DNA of 57,265 nucleotides, counting the filler, from an uncultured virus (IMG/VR IMGVR_UViG_2049941000_000270) (taxonomy: Duplodnaviria; Heunggongvirae; Uroviricota; Caudoviricetes). It is 12 parts of one record of this genome, joined end to end, with 100 filler letters (N's around TTAATTAATTAA, not from the genome) between each part and the next. Parts side by side here need not be neighbours in the genome. Positions count along the whole stretch, not along the records: positions 43,655 to 54,793 come from IMGVR_UViG_2049941000_000270; positions 54,894 to 57,265 come from IMGVR_UViG_2049941000_000270; 10 more parts are not named here. One strand, given 5' to 3'. Shown piece by piece: positions 46,633-56,553 of the stretch (its first letter is position 1; each line of letters begins with the position of its first letter). Both the position numbers and the translations under genes were made by a program. The notes beneath the pieces are model-generated. The model had not been told where the DNA came from. It saw only the letters and a program-made list of their open reading frames with translations, and ran no database searches.

Positions 46633-47311
46633 GTATGCACATTGTAACACCATCCATCTGGAAGATATTGTATGTTATCTGACTGGCAAGTCTCTTCATT
46701 AAGTCAAATGGCATACTACACTTGAACTTGTCTTCATACCACTCAATAATATCATATAAGACATTCTCCCTGGCCAGAAGAAGTGAGTCACCCTGCCACT
46801 CATACCCATAAATTGCTTTGGTTGCCTCTGTTTCATATTCATTCCAGAGATCCCTGTCATCAGAATCCTTAAGAAACTCACTTATTTTCTTCATCTTTCT
46901 GTCCAGGAGACCCTCTCTTTCTGAAAGAGGAATCATCTTTCCGGTTGATACATCATACCTGGATACAAGATAAGGTGCCTCACCACAGGTAACCTCAAGA
47001 ACCTTCCTTCTTATATATGCCCGGTTGCTTCCCTCAAACCTGTCATCCACAGAATCATTCATCTTCTTGATGATTTCAATGGGAGTATAAACTTCAGCCT
47101 TGGAATCAGTCCTGGACTTCTGGTCATCCAATGACTTCAGGACTCTAGGTTTAATGACATCACCAGATATTATCTGTTCTACCTGGATGGAAGACTTTGG
47201 ATCATATCCATACTGGTCAGTACCCCAGAGAATGTTGTTCCCTGTTGTCCTGTCCATCAGAAGTATCTCCAAAATCTCCCTTGGTATTTCAAACTCTTTG
47301 ATATCTATCAT
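46633..47311 (-). CDS. SAM-dependent DNA methyltransferase-like protein (restriction-modification M subunit type); truncated
   Basis: KAEVYTP, VLEVTCGEAPYL (motif I-like), IYGYEWQ, NIFQMDG. Confidence 0.7.
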
Positions 47312-47332
47312 CTCACCAAATATAACAAATTA

Positions 47333-50245
47333 TTACCACAATCCAGCCTCTGTTGTCATAGAAATGTCAATTGCAGGATAACCCATTGCCTCAACAATTC
47401 TGTTCACAGGACTCAATACAAGAAGGTCAAACATCTTATTCTTGTCAATCTCCAAATTTACAGTCATATCCATTGGGTACATACCGGCAGGATAACTGAA
47501 TGCTTCACATTTTGCAAGACTCATAACATCTGTATATACATCTCCAAATCTTGTTGATTGTTTCTTATCACTCAACAGTTTGTACTGGTCAGGATTCTTC
47601 ATATAGTCATTGACTGACACCTGGTTTTCTTTCTTCCAGTACTTGTACCTTTCAGTAGGTTTCACATAAAGAACANNNNNNNNNNTTGAATATCTCTTCT
47701 TGAACTTCTCATTATTATTAAGAATATAATTATAAAGTGCTGCTCCCTGAACAGTTACCATACTTTTTTGATTTAGTTCAATAGAATCAGTATCACTCAA
47801 TACATATTCACTGTATTTGTTCATAGCCTTGTTGACACTGATGGTTTCGGGACTCTGTAACATGAATGCCTTCTTCACACCAGAGAGTTTCTTCACAAAA
47901 CTGTCAAGAACAAATTCCTCCTGCTGGAATATCCACTTAACCAGGTCAGTAAGCTGGTCCTTAACCCACTGTGATGAACTGGTCTGTGCAATCTCAACAC
48001 CAGTTGCCTTAATCTTGGCACAAGAATCATAATAAACATTAGGTTCTGCCCATGTCATATTCTTGATGTACTTCTTCTTTGCCAACCAGATACATGCCTC
48101 ATTGTATGCTTCAAGCTCAAAGTCAAGGAGTGCAGGAGTACCATTCTTGTTTGCATAGTCCTCATGTATCTTCTTCAGATAGTTGGACATAAACACTCTG
48201 TTGATTGTCAAACAGAACTCTCTACCTGACGGTTCAATAGTGTCAATGTGCCAGTCATACTTGTTTGTGTCAATTGAATCAACATCAAAGTATTTCTTTG
48301 CATCATCCTCTGACGGATAACCACCTGTTGACACATACATAAACTCCTTCTGGTCATTCTGTTTGTTTATCTTGGTAAGTCTCCATACATCATGCTCAAA
48401 CCAGTCTGTAACATTGATGATGTCCTCATAGCAGGTATAGATTGAGTCAGTGTCAATATACCTGGTGATAGGTTTGATATCCTTGTTTGGATCCTTGATG
48501 ACAATACCCATAGCAAGGTGTGTTTTGGTATCCTTCTGCCAAATCTTGTTTGCCCAGAGGTTGATAAGTCTCTCTGCATTAAGGATGGCATTCTTACCCT
48601 GCTTTGTAACTGCCTCTGCAATTGTAGGATTGTAGAAGTAGAAACCGGAGAATCCGAATGCACCATAGATACCGTTGATGACCACCTTTGTACCAAGCTG
48701 GAAGTTGTTATAGATGTCTGCCTGTACCTGGCAGTATGCCATAATTTCATCAACCTCACTTGCCTTTCTGCCGGCAAAGTCATTCTTATTCAGATAATCC
48801 TCTATCTCCTCTGCTGATGCATTGTCATGTTTGAGGTCTTTGAGATCATAATAAATCTGTGTAAACTTGAAGGATGTCTTCTTATATGCCTTTCTCTTGA
48901 AGTAAAGGTCTGTGATAATCTTCTTGAGGTGACCATCCTCCTTCTGGAAGACAGCACCTGATGCACACACAATATAACCCTTATCTCTCCACTGTTGTTT
49001 GAGTACCTCATCATTTTCAGGAAGAAGTGTAACAAGTGTTTCAGGACCTATGTTGAACTGTCTCATCAATGTAGGATACAGTGATGCATAGTCATTACAG
49101 GTACAATATCTCCAAAGACCAGGAATAGGCTGCTTTACAAACGCACCTTCANNNNNNNNNNCTTCTGTCTTTTTCTTGAATGGGTCGATACCCAGTACCT
49201 TTCCATCATTATGGAATGAAGATCTCAACAGATTCTCCGGAATATATGTAGTTGAGAAACAATCCATTGCCTTAATCCTACCCAACCAAGCAGTTGTCAG
49301 ACCACAGGTCAAAGCATTACATGCCTCATGGATAAGTTTTACCAGGCAACAGTCAATGGCATTATAATACACATACTTCTCAAAGTTATTATGAAGCATG
49401 TCATCCAATGATTCAGCATGCTGAACCTTCTTGATTTTACACAACTTTTCTCCAATTGTGTCCAACCTGTAATTCTCATTGGAATTCCATGTCCATTTCT
49501 TATATGCCTTGAGATAGTCAATGATACCAACATGTGCAGGTCTGTCAACCGGACCTGTAAGTATTCTGGCAGGGGAAGCAAGTGATGGATCAATACCCAA
49601 CATCTTTGCTCTATTATAAAGGTATCTCCAGTCATAATCCTCAAAGTTCCATCCTGTCATCATTGCCATCTTTGGGATGAATGATGAGAAGAAGAAATAC
49701 AGCAAATCATATTCAGTAGCAAAATACTTGAACACAAACCTGAAGTGTCTGTTCACCTGCTTGAAGTGTTCATCAATTCTCTCCTGAATATTACTCTGTT
49801 CTTTTTCTGTAAGATTATGACCTCCGGACAGTACCATCACAGTGTCATTAGGACAACATACACCTATGACCGTAACTGGTTTGTCCGGTTTTTCAGGATT
49901 GGGTTTACCCTCCTGCAACTCATTTTCAATATCAATAAAGAATAAATCTGGGAGACTGTAAGAGAAGATTCTCTCTTTCAACTCTTCAGGCTGTGCATCC
50001 AGGATTTCATACTGCCTGTACCTGTTGAGTTTTTCCTTCTGCGGATCCACCCTGTGTTTGTAAACTGGTCTTCCATTCCAGTTATGGGTGTTCTTAACCT
50101 TTAAATCGACCTTGTCTTTCTGACTGGTAAGCCACACATATTGTTCCTCTTCCGGAATCTTGATGATTTCAACATGTGTCTTTCCGTCACCTCCCCAGTA
50201 TGATACCTGGAGATTTGAACCATCTTGAATAATATCTAACAACAT
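47333..50245 (-). CDS. Family B DNA polymerase (T4 gp43-like)
   Basis: Exonuclease motifs FIDIE, GWNFEDYD, YNAID; polymerase motifs DYASLYP, KVVINGIYG, YIDTDS, KKKY; likely start MLLDII. Confidence 0.96.
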   Translation of the reverse strand: MLLDIIQDGSNLQVSYWGGDGKTHVEIIKIPEEEQYVWLTSQKDKVDLKVKNTHNWNGRPVYKHRVDPQKEKLNRYRQYEILDAQPEELKERIFSYSLPDLFFIDIENELQEGKPNPEKPDKPVTVIGVCCPNDTVMVLSGGHNLTEKEQSNIQERIDEHFKQVNRHFRFVFKYFATEYDLLYFFFSSFIPKMAMMTGWNFEDYDWRYLYNRAKMLGIDPSLASPARILTGPVDRPAHVGIIDYLKAYKKWTWNSNENYRLDTIGEKLCKIKKVQHAESLDDMLHNNFEKYVYYNAIDCCLVKLIHEACNALTCGLTTAWLGRIKAMDCFSTTYIPENLLRSSFHNDGKVLGIDPFKKKTEXXXXEGAFVKQPIPGLWRYCTCNDYASLYPTLMRQFNIGPETLVTLLPENDEVLKQQWRDKGYIVCASGAVFQKEDGHLKKIITDLYFKRKAYKKTSFKFTQIYYDLKDLKHDNASAEEIEDYLNKNDFAGRKASEVDEIMAYCQVQADIYNNFQLGTKVVINGIYGAFGFSGFYFYNPTIAEAVTKQGKNAILNAERLINLWANKIWQKDTKTHLAMGIVIKDPNKDIKPITRYIDTDSIYTCYEDIINVTDWFEHDVWRLTKINKQNDQKEFMYVSTGGYPSEDDAKKYFDVDSIDTNKYDWHIDTIEPSGREFCLTINRVFMSNYLKKIHEDYANKNGTPALLDFELEAYNEACIWLAKKKYIKNMTWAEPNVYYDSCAKIKATGVEIAQTSSSQWVKDQLTDLVKWIFQQEEFVLDSFVKKLSGVKKAFMLQSPETISVNKAMNKYSEYVLSDTDSIELNQKSMVTVQGAALYNYILNNNEKFKKRYSXXXXVLYVKPTERYKYWKKENQVSVNDYMKNPDQYKLLSDKKQSTRFGDVYTDVMSLAKCEAFSYPAGMYPMDMTVNLEIDKNKMFDLLVLSPVNRIVEAMGYPAIDISMTTEAGLW

Positions 50246-50361
50246 AATAAAAAGTTTTAATATCCAGTTTAGAAGCTGGATTTCATTCACAAAAAATATA
50301 ACAAAAAAAGTTTTGGAGAAAATTGTTATTTTTATGGTATAAAAAATGAACTCTAACTAAA

Positions 50362-50583
50362 ATGATCAATAAAAATGATGATGTAGATTTTGATGATTAT
50401 CCAATTGATGATGAAGAAGACATCGCGGTAGATAAAAGAGACTTCCTTGATGAGAATGGAGTAAACATCTTCACAAAGAAATCCGGTGAGAAGACAGTGG
50501 AGGAGAGAATCAAAACATCCAGGACACTGAAGATCAAGAACAACAAGTGGAACCAGGTTGATTACACAGATGAATACCCTACT
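50362..50583 (+). CDS. Hypothetical protein N-terminal fragment
   Basis: ATG after an AT-rich divergent intergenic region; acidic start. Confidence 0.55.
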
Positions 50584-51199
50584 NNNNNNNNNNNNNNNNN
50601 NNNNNNNNNNNNNNNNNNNNNNNNNNNNNNNNNNNNNNNNNNNNNNNNNNNNNNNNNNNNNNNNNNNNNNNNNNNNNNNNNNNNNNNNNNNNNNNNNNNN
50701 NNNNNNNNNNNNNNNNNNNNNNNNNNNNNNNNNNNNNNNNNNNNNNNNNNNNNNNNNNNNNNNNNNNNNNNNNNNNNNNNNNNNNNNNNNNNNNNNNNNN
50801 NNNNNNNNNNNNNNNNNNNNNNNNNNNNNNNNNNNNNNNNNNNNNNNNNNNNNNNNNNNNNNNNNNNNNNNNNNNNNNNNNNNNNNNNNNNNNNNNNNNN
50901 NNNNNNNNNNNNNNNNNNNNNNNNNNNNNNNNNNNNNNNNNNNNNNNNNNNNNNNNNNNNNNNNNNNNNNNNNNNNNNNNNNNNNNNNNNNNNNNNNNNN
51001 NNNNNNNNNNNNNNNNNNNNNNNNNNNNNNNNNNNNNNNNNNNNNNNNNNNNNNNNNNNNNNNNNNNNNNNNNNNNNNNNNNNNNNNNNNNNNNNNNNNN
51101 NNNNNNNNNNNNNNNNNNNNNNNNNNNNNNNNNNNNNNNNNNNNNNNNNNNNNNNNNNNNNNNNNNNNNNNNNNNNNNNNNNNNNNNNNNNNNNNCAGT

Positions 51200-51682
51200 A
51201 TGAACAATATAAAGAATTTCACAGAATTTCTCCTTGAAGTAAAATCTGATAAGGATATTGTAAAGGACTTGGCAAGACACCTTTCATTTGATAAGGATAT
51301 TATCAAATATCTTAACACATCCAGGTCCAAACGTGAGATAGGTTGGAGAGAGATGTTGGATACCAAACTTCATGGTAAGAATAAGTTCTACATCAACTAT
51401 ATCACAAAGAATATGGTTGCTGACTACAACCCACAGATTACAGGTTATATCCACATCAATGATGATCCCGATGAGGAAGACTTTGATGAGAAGGAACATG
51501 ATGAAAGAGGATTTGCAGATATGAGTCCAGAGGAACAGATTACAGACCTCAATGACAGAGTTACTGATGTTGAAGGACTTCTCGGTATTGACCCGGATGA
51601 TGACAAGAGTCTTGACAGAGTTGAGAAGGCACTTGATAAAGCAGGTTATGAGAGACCTGATATTGAAGAAGAGGAAGAATAA
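51200..51682 (+). CDS. Acidic protein with a T4-like capsid-targeting N-terminus and poly-Glu C-terminus
   Basis: MNNIKNFTEFLLE...PDIEEEEE; TAATG overlap with the next gene. Confidence 0.7.
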   Translation: MNNIKNFTEFLLEVKSDKDIVKDLARHLSFDKDIIKYLNTSRSKREIGWREMLDTKLHGKNKFYINYITKNMVADYNPQITGYIHINDDPDEEDFDEKEHDERGFADMSPEEQITDLNDRVTDVEGLLGIDPDDDKSLDRVEKALDKAGYERPDIEEEEE

Positions 51683-52629
51683 TGAGTGACTACAACGAGA
51701 AATACAATAAGGATGATGTTTACATCAGAAGTATGATAGTATGTCTTCTTGCTGAAATGAACAAGAAGATGTACATCTATAACCGTCTTGATGATGGAAA
51801 ACCACAAAAGGTGAACATTCCTTGTCTATATTCAATCACAGGTCAGGAAAGATTCCTCAAGGATGAGTTCTATTATGATGCTCTTGAACAAGGTAAGGCA
51901 TTCGGTGACTATGAACATGTCCCAAGATGTATGGTAAACCTTTCGTCATTCGGTGTCAATACAGCAGAACAGACCAACAAATACAACAGAACAAAGATTG
52001 TCAGGGAAGTCCATAATGATTTGAGAACTCTCTATCTAAATGTGGAATGGGTACCTGTCACACTTTCATTTGACTGTAAGGTCATCTGTTCAAACAACAT
52101 TGAACTCTTCAAGGTGACTGAAATGATTGTATCAAAAATCTTCAAGAACCCTAACTTCTTCAAGGTTGATTTCGGTATGTTCAATGTGGATGCCTGTCTT
52201 TCAGTTCCAGCAGATTACAACCATGAACTCCCACAGGAATTCGGACTCAATGACAAGAAGGAATTCTCCACATCATTCAGTGTGGAGATGAAGTGTTTCA
52301 TCCCGGCATTTGAACATGGTCTTCTCCTTCCAGAGATTGATGAACTCCTGGATGAGTTCTATGAATCACACAAGAGTAAAGATGAGAAGAATCCATACAA
52401 GAATGTTCCAAAGGGTATCCTTGAATACAGACCTGATGAATTCGGTACATTCGGATTGAGGGCAGGAGGTGTTATGGAAGAGATTGTGGAAGCAGTCTAT
52501 GCACATCATGTGGAAGCACCAACACTCAAATCAAACACACATCAGGTACCAATGAAAGTAAAATCATTAGATGATTTGAATAAAAAGGATTTGAATGAGG
52601 ATTTGATCCAACGTAAGATTGTCAAATAA
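51682..52629 (+). CDS. Tail sheath stabiliser/terminator (T4 gp15-like)
   Basis: KVNIPCLYS..QERFL, VPRCMVNL, VPVTLSFD..V...N..ELFKVTEMI pattern resembles the gp15 family. Confidence 0.7.
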   Translation: MSDYNEKYNKDDVYIRSMIVCLLAEMNKKMYIYNRLDDGKPQKVNIPCLYSITGQERFLKDEFYYDALEQGKAFGDYEHVPRCMVNLSSFGVNTAEQTNKYNRTKIVREVHNDLRTLYLNVEWVPVTLSFDCKVICSNNIELFKVTEMIVSKIFKNPNFFKVDFGMFNVDACLSVPADYNHELPQEFGLNDKKEFSTSFSVEMKCFIPAFEHGLLLPEIDELLDEFYESHKSKDEKNPYKNVPKGILEYRPDEFGTFGLRAGGVMEEIVEAVYAHHVEAPTLKSNTHQVPMKVKSLDDLNKKDLNEDLIQRKIVK

Positions 52630-52668
52630 CCATAAATATAGAGTATTATAATCTTAATTTAAAGAAGA

Positions 52669-54095
52669 ATGGTAAGTTTACAAAACATACTTAACTCAGA
52701 AGGTCAGGAATTTTTGGATAATCTTCTTAACAAGGAGGTTGTGGTAAATGAGAAACTCAATGCTGCAACACTCTCATTCCAGAAGAAGGTCACATCAGAA
52801 ACAGACCTCAACAGAAAGTTGACCTTCTATAAGGGTTCAGGTGTCAATAAGAGAGAAATCACAGTCGCTGATAGGGTTATGACCAACTTCTATTCAAGTG
52901 GCATGACTTATTTGAGTAACCTGAGTAAAATTATAATAGACAAGATCCCAAACAACTGGACTTTTGTCTGTAAGTATTTTCCTAACCACCAGCCAAGTTT
53001 CATCAATTATTCAGTTCTTCCAAAGAACAACTTGGTCCTTTCTTGTATAATTACATCAGGTGGTACAAAGATTGAGGATGTTGAAGACCTGAGGTCCTGG
53101 GCCGAGATGTTTGATATCGCTTACCAGGAACCGGTATTCAGAGGATATCTCTCACAATATCAGAAAGAGAGATTGAATGACTATCTCAAGAGTGGATCCA
53201 CCAAGGATTCATTTGCAAGATTCATAATCACATTGTTGAATCCCAACCTTACACATTCATTATATCAGAATGATGGTTTTGATTCACCTATTGACGGTTT
53301 CATTTTCAAGTTCATATCAGATGACGGAATAACCAAACCTGTATCTGCCAAACTCATTGACCCTTATATGACAAATATCATTCTGAAGAATAAGTCAAAC
53401 AAGGGATTCAAAGACAATACAGATGTTCTGTTGTCTGATTTTGCTGTCTTTATGACAGGCCAGGATATGGATTCCATTCTCCTTAAGGGTGATGATGAGA
53501 ACAACAGATATCTTGAACTCTTCTATAGATTATTCAACAGGTANNNNNNNNNNATCAAATATAAGAAATCACAATTGGAAGACTTTGATGTCGACACCAA
53601 TGACATTGTAAAAGAATCAATCAATGTTGATTTTGATGTTGACCTGGATGCAATAACCAATGAGACAACAAAGAAACTTCTGAAGGAAAACCCTGAATAC
53701 AAGTCAATCTTCAAGACACTTCTGGGTTCATTCAAGACAAAGAAACCTGAAGATTACAAGTCACTTGTTATGTCTCCGGGTATCGTAAGAATCTTCAATG
53801 AGATCATTGACAAGATAAATGACAAAATCAAGACCCAGGATCAGAGTACCAATCTCTCATTTACATCCTATCTTAATTCCATTCATCACAAGACAATCAA
53901 TGACCTTGACATAAACAATGCCCCGGAGGATGTTCAGGCAGCTAACCTGAAGACAAACAAGGAAGAGAAACCAAGTATTACCGCACTTTCATTCGCAGAC
54001 TTCAAGAAAAAGGATGAAAAAGAAAAGGATGACAAGGAGGAAAAGAAACAAATCAAGTCCATTGAGGATATGATTAAGGATCTCCAGAAGGATGT
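52669..54095 (+). CDS. Late protein with a degenerate ATP-dependent ligase/nucleotidyltransferase-like N-terminal domain
   Basis: VVVNEKLNAATLSF (motif I-like), IDGFIFK (motif IV-like), SAKLID (motif V-like); CATAAATA at 52631. Confidence 0.45.
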
Positions 54096-54105
54096 NNNNN
54101 NNNNN

Positions 54106-54467
54106 AAAAAATCACAATTGACCCCCAAAGTTGTCAATACACCTCTTCATATGAGGATGTTGAATTTGAAAAGGCATTCCACAAAATAATTGAGGACTCC
54201 AAATACAAGGAACTCCTCCTTGGTGAAGACAATGTCTCTATAAACTATCAGACAGTGAATGACATTATCATCTACTGTTATCCCAAAATGAAACAGGATT
54301 ATACAATGGCACAACTCTTTGTACTTGTATGTGAATATTGCGGTATAGGTCTTCAGGCAATGTGGAAAAGATTGAGTACTTATCTCCAGATACAGATTCT
54401 GGAAGACCTGAAAGAGGTGAGCAAGTTACCGAATGAGATTCTTAATAATAATGTAAAACTATTTTAA
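54106..54467 (+). CDS. Hypothetical protein C-terminal part
   Basis: Open frame from the gap to TAA at 54467. Confidence 0.55.
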
Positions 54468-54470
54468 ATT

Positions 54471-54704
54471 ATGACAAACGACGTAGAAGTTAATTATTTT
54501 GAGGTTACAGTAAAACTTCAGAAGGAGACTGATAAGACTGACAGGGCAGGAAATCCCAAGATTAAGAAATGGAATGAGAAGTGGTTGGTACATGCAAAGA
54601 CCACAGAAGAGGCCAACAGGATTATCAAGGAAGAGTATGATGGTTCTATGGAAGAGTGGAGAATAGCAAATGTAAAGGAAACCCAAATCATAGGTGTTAA
54701 ATAA
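54471..54704 (+). CDS. DUF4494-like small protein (Bacteroidota-associated family)
   Basis: YFEVTVK...KKWNEKWLVHAKTTEEA..II.E pattern. Confidence 0.6.
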   Translation: MTNDVEVNYFEVTVKLQKETDKTDRAGNPKIKKWNEKWLVHAKTTEEANRIIKEEYDGSMEEWRIANVKETQIIGVK

Positions 54705-54730
54705 ATTGTTATTGTTTTTGTTTGTTTTTG

Positions 54731-54762
54731 AAGGTGAGGTTGTTTCAACCCCACCTTTTTTT
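54731..54762 (+). terminator. Intrinsic terminator abutting a late promoter
   Basis: AAGGTGAGGTTG-TTT-CAACCCCACCTT then a T tract, immediately followed by CATAAATA at 54763-54770. Confidence 0.75.
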
Positions 54763-54893
54763 CATAAATACCTTATATTATGTACATATATAGNNNNNNN
54801 NNNNNNNNNNNNNNNNNNNNNNNNNNNNNNNNNNNNNTTAATTAATTAANNNNNNNNNNNNNNNNNNNNNNNNNNNNNNNNNNNNNNNNNNNN

Positions 54894-55894
54894 ACATCAT
54901 AAAGTTTATTTACCAGTTTTCCCAATGCTGTTATAAATCCATCATCATATGTCTTTCCTTCATCTGCCTTGTTTTTATTCAGATTCTCATTAATATAATT
55001 ATCATATGATTTTACTGTGAGGAATTCAATTGCCATAACATCTTCAATGTCCTTATCTTTGTAAATCTCACCTACTGCATTTATAATACCGGCATCCATA
55101 AGTTTCTGCCAGGTTTCCCTGTATCCATATTCCTTTATGAGTTTGGCAATCTTATTCCATGCATCCTTATATCCATTATCCCACTCTTCTGTCGTTTCAA
55201 TTGTTTTGTCACTACCGGGCATATCCATTTCACTATCAGGAGGACACATTGATCTCAACTTGTTCATATACTCTTCATCATCAAGAATAATCTCCATAGG
55301 AACAATATCCCTGGATCCGTCTGATTTCTTGAGATACATACCCTCTATTTCATTTATAAGTCTGTTTTCATCAATCAATCCTATTCTCACCAATGTCCTG
55401 TTTACTTCCACATCAGCAGCCAGGTTTGTGTCATGCCATGTCTCGGGGGTTACCGACTTTCCCTTTGCCATCAACCAGTTCTTTCCTCTGTCAATATGAT
55501 CAAAGAGGGCATGGAATACCTCATGCATAATTACGGCTGCGATAAGTTCCTTATCCATTTTTAACTGGTGATATATGAAACCTACATTCATATAAAGGTT
55601 CATATTTCCATCAACTGCCATTGTTTTGATTTTGTTACTGTGGGGTAGATAAATAATGTTCAATGTGTTCTTTGCAAAAGTGAATGTCCTTGAGAATTCA
55701 GAATTCAACCACATCAATGCGGAATTCACTGCATTAACTATCTCTTTCGGAGTTACACTTGAACCATCCGCAAACTTAATGGGACCTCCATTCATAAATG
55801 CCCTATTCAATGCAGACTGTTCACCATGTATCAAGTCTTCATTCAAGACATTGATATAATCATCATAATGTTTGATGTTTACTAATTCTCTCAT
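54894..55894 (-). CDS. Second zincin-like metallopeptidase (DUF2201 N-terminal-like); truncated
   Basis: TMAVDGNMNLYMN, AVIMHEVFHALFDHIDR, NLAADVEVN; paralogous to the 16498 gene; CATAAATA at 55917-55924. Confidence 0.82.
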
Positions 55895-55929
55895 AAGATA
55901 TAAAAATACTATAAATTATTTATGAGAAA

Positions 55930-55961
55930 TTTGGATATATCAGATATTTCCATTATCTTTG
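55930..55961 (+). promoter_or_regulatory. Bacteroidota-type primary-sigma promoter (-33 TTTG, 20-nt spacer, -7 TATCTTTG)
   Basis: TTTG at 55930-55933, TATCTTTG at 55954-55961, upstream of ATG 55983 (MLSTIITIAFIIVGII). Confidence 0.75.
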
Positions 55962-56041
55962 TATTAGATAAAACAAAAAAGTATGTTATCAACAATTATC
56001 ACAATTGCATTCATAATAGTAGGTATCATTGNNNNNNNNNN

Positions 56042-56543
56042 TCTTTCCTATATATATAATATGTATCTCCATCAACCTCCTCTTCTCTTTCAACATTATC
56101 ATAACCAGCAATTGTTGATTCTGGACCATCTTTATTAACAATAAGTTCTGCAAGTTTATGGATATCAATTTGATTTTTTACACTATCTATACCAAAATCA
56201 AATATATATTGTTCAACAAAATCATCAATATCATCCATTCTCTTTTCAACATACTTATCCTTATAATTATGATAATCAAACTCTGGTTGGGTGTGGTCAA
56301 TCTCTCCATCTTCATCAAGATCAAAATACTCTTCTGTATCTTCAATGACCCCCCATCTCAAAAGTTCTTCAATAGCATCCTCCTCATCCAAATCATCATA
56401 ATAACTTTTATCCATCTCCTCATAAGCCTCCTTGAACCAATTCTCATCAATAAATTCATTTCCAAAAAGACCTCTCCACCTTTCTATATCTTCTTTTGAT
56501 ATATTCGTTGAACCAAGAAGATCTTCTTCAATACTGACTGCTT
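56042..56543 (-). CDS. Acidic hypothetical protein fragment
   Basis: Open frame between gaps ending DGPESTIAGYD...TYYIYR. Confidence 0.55.
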
Positions 56544-56553
56544 NNNNNNNNNN

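Noticed and set aside
931..54849. Recurrent TTAATTAATTAA palindrome as a biological repeat
   Set aside because: Always flanked by N runs; it is an artificial six-frame-stop contig linker.
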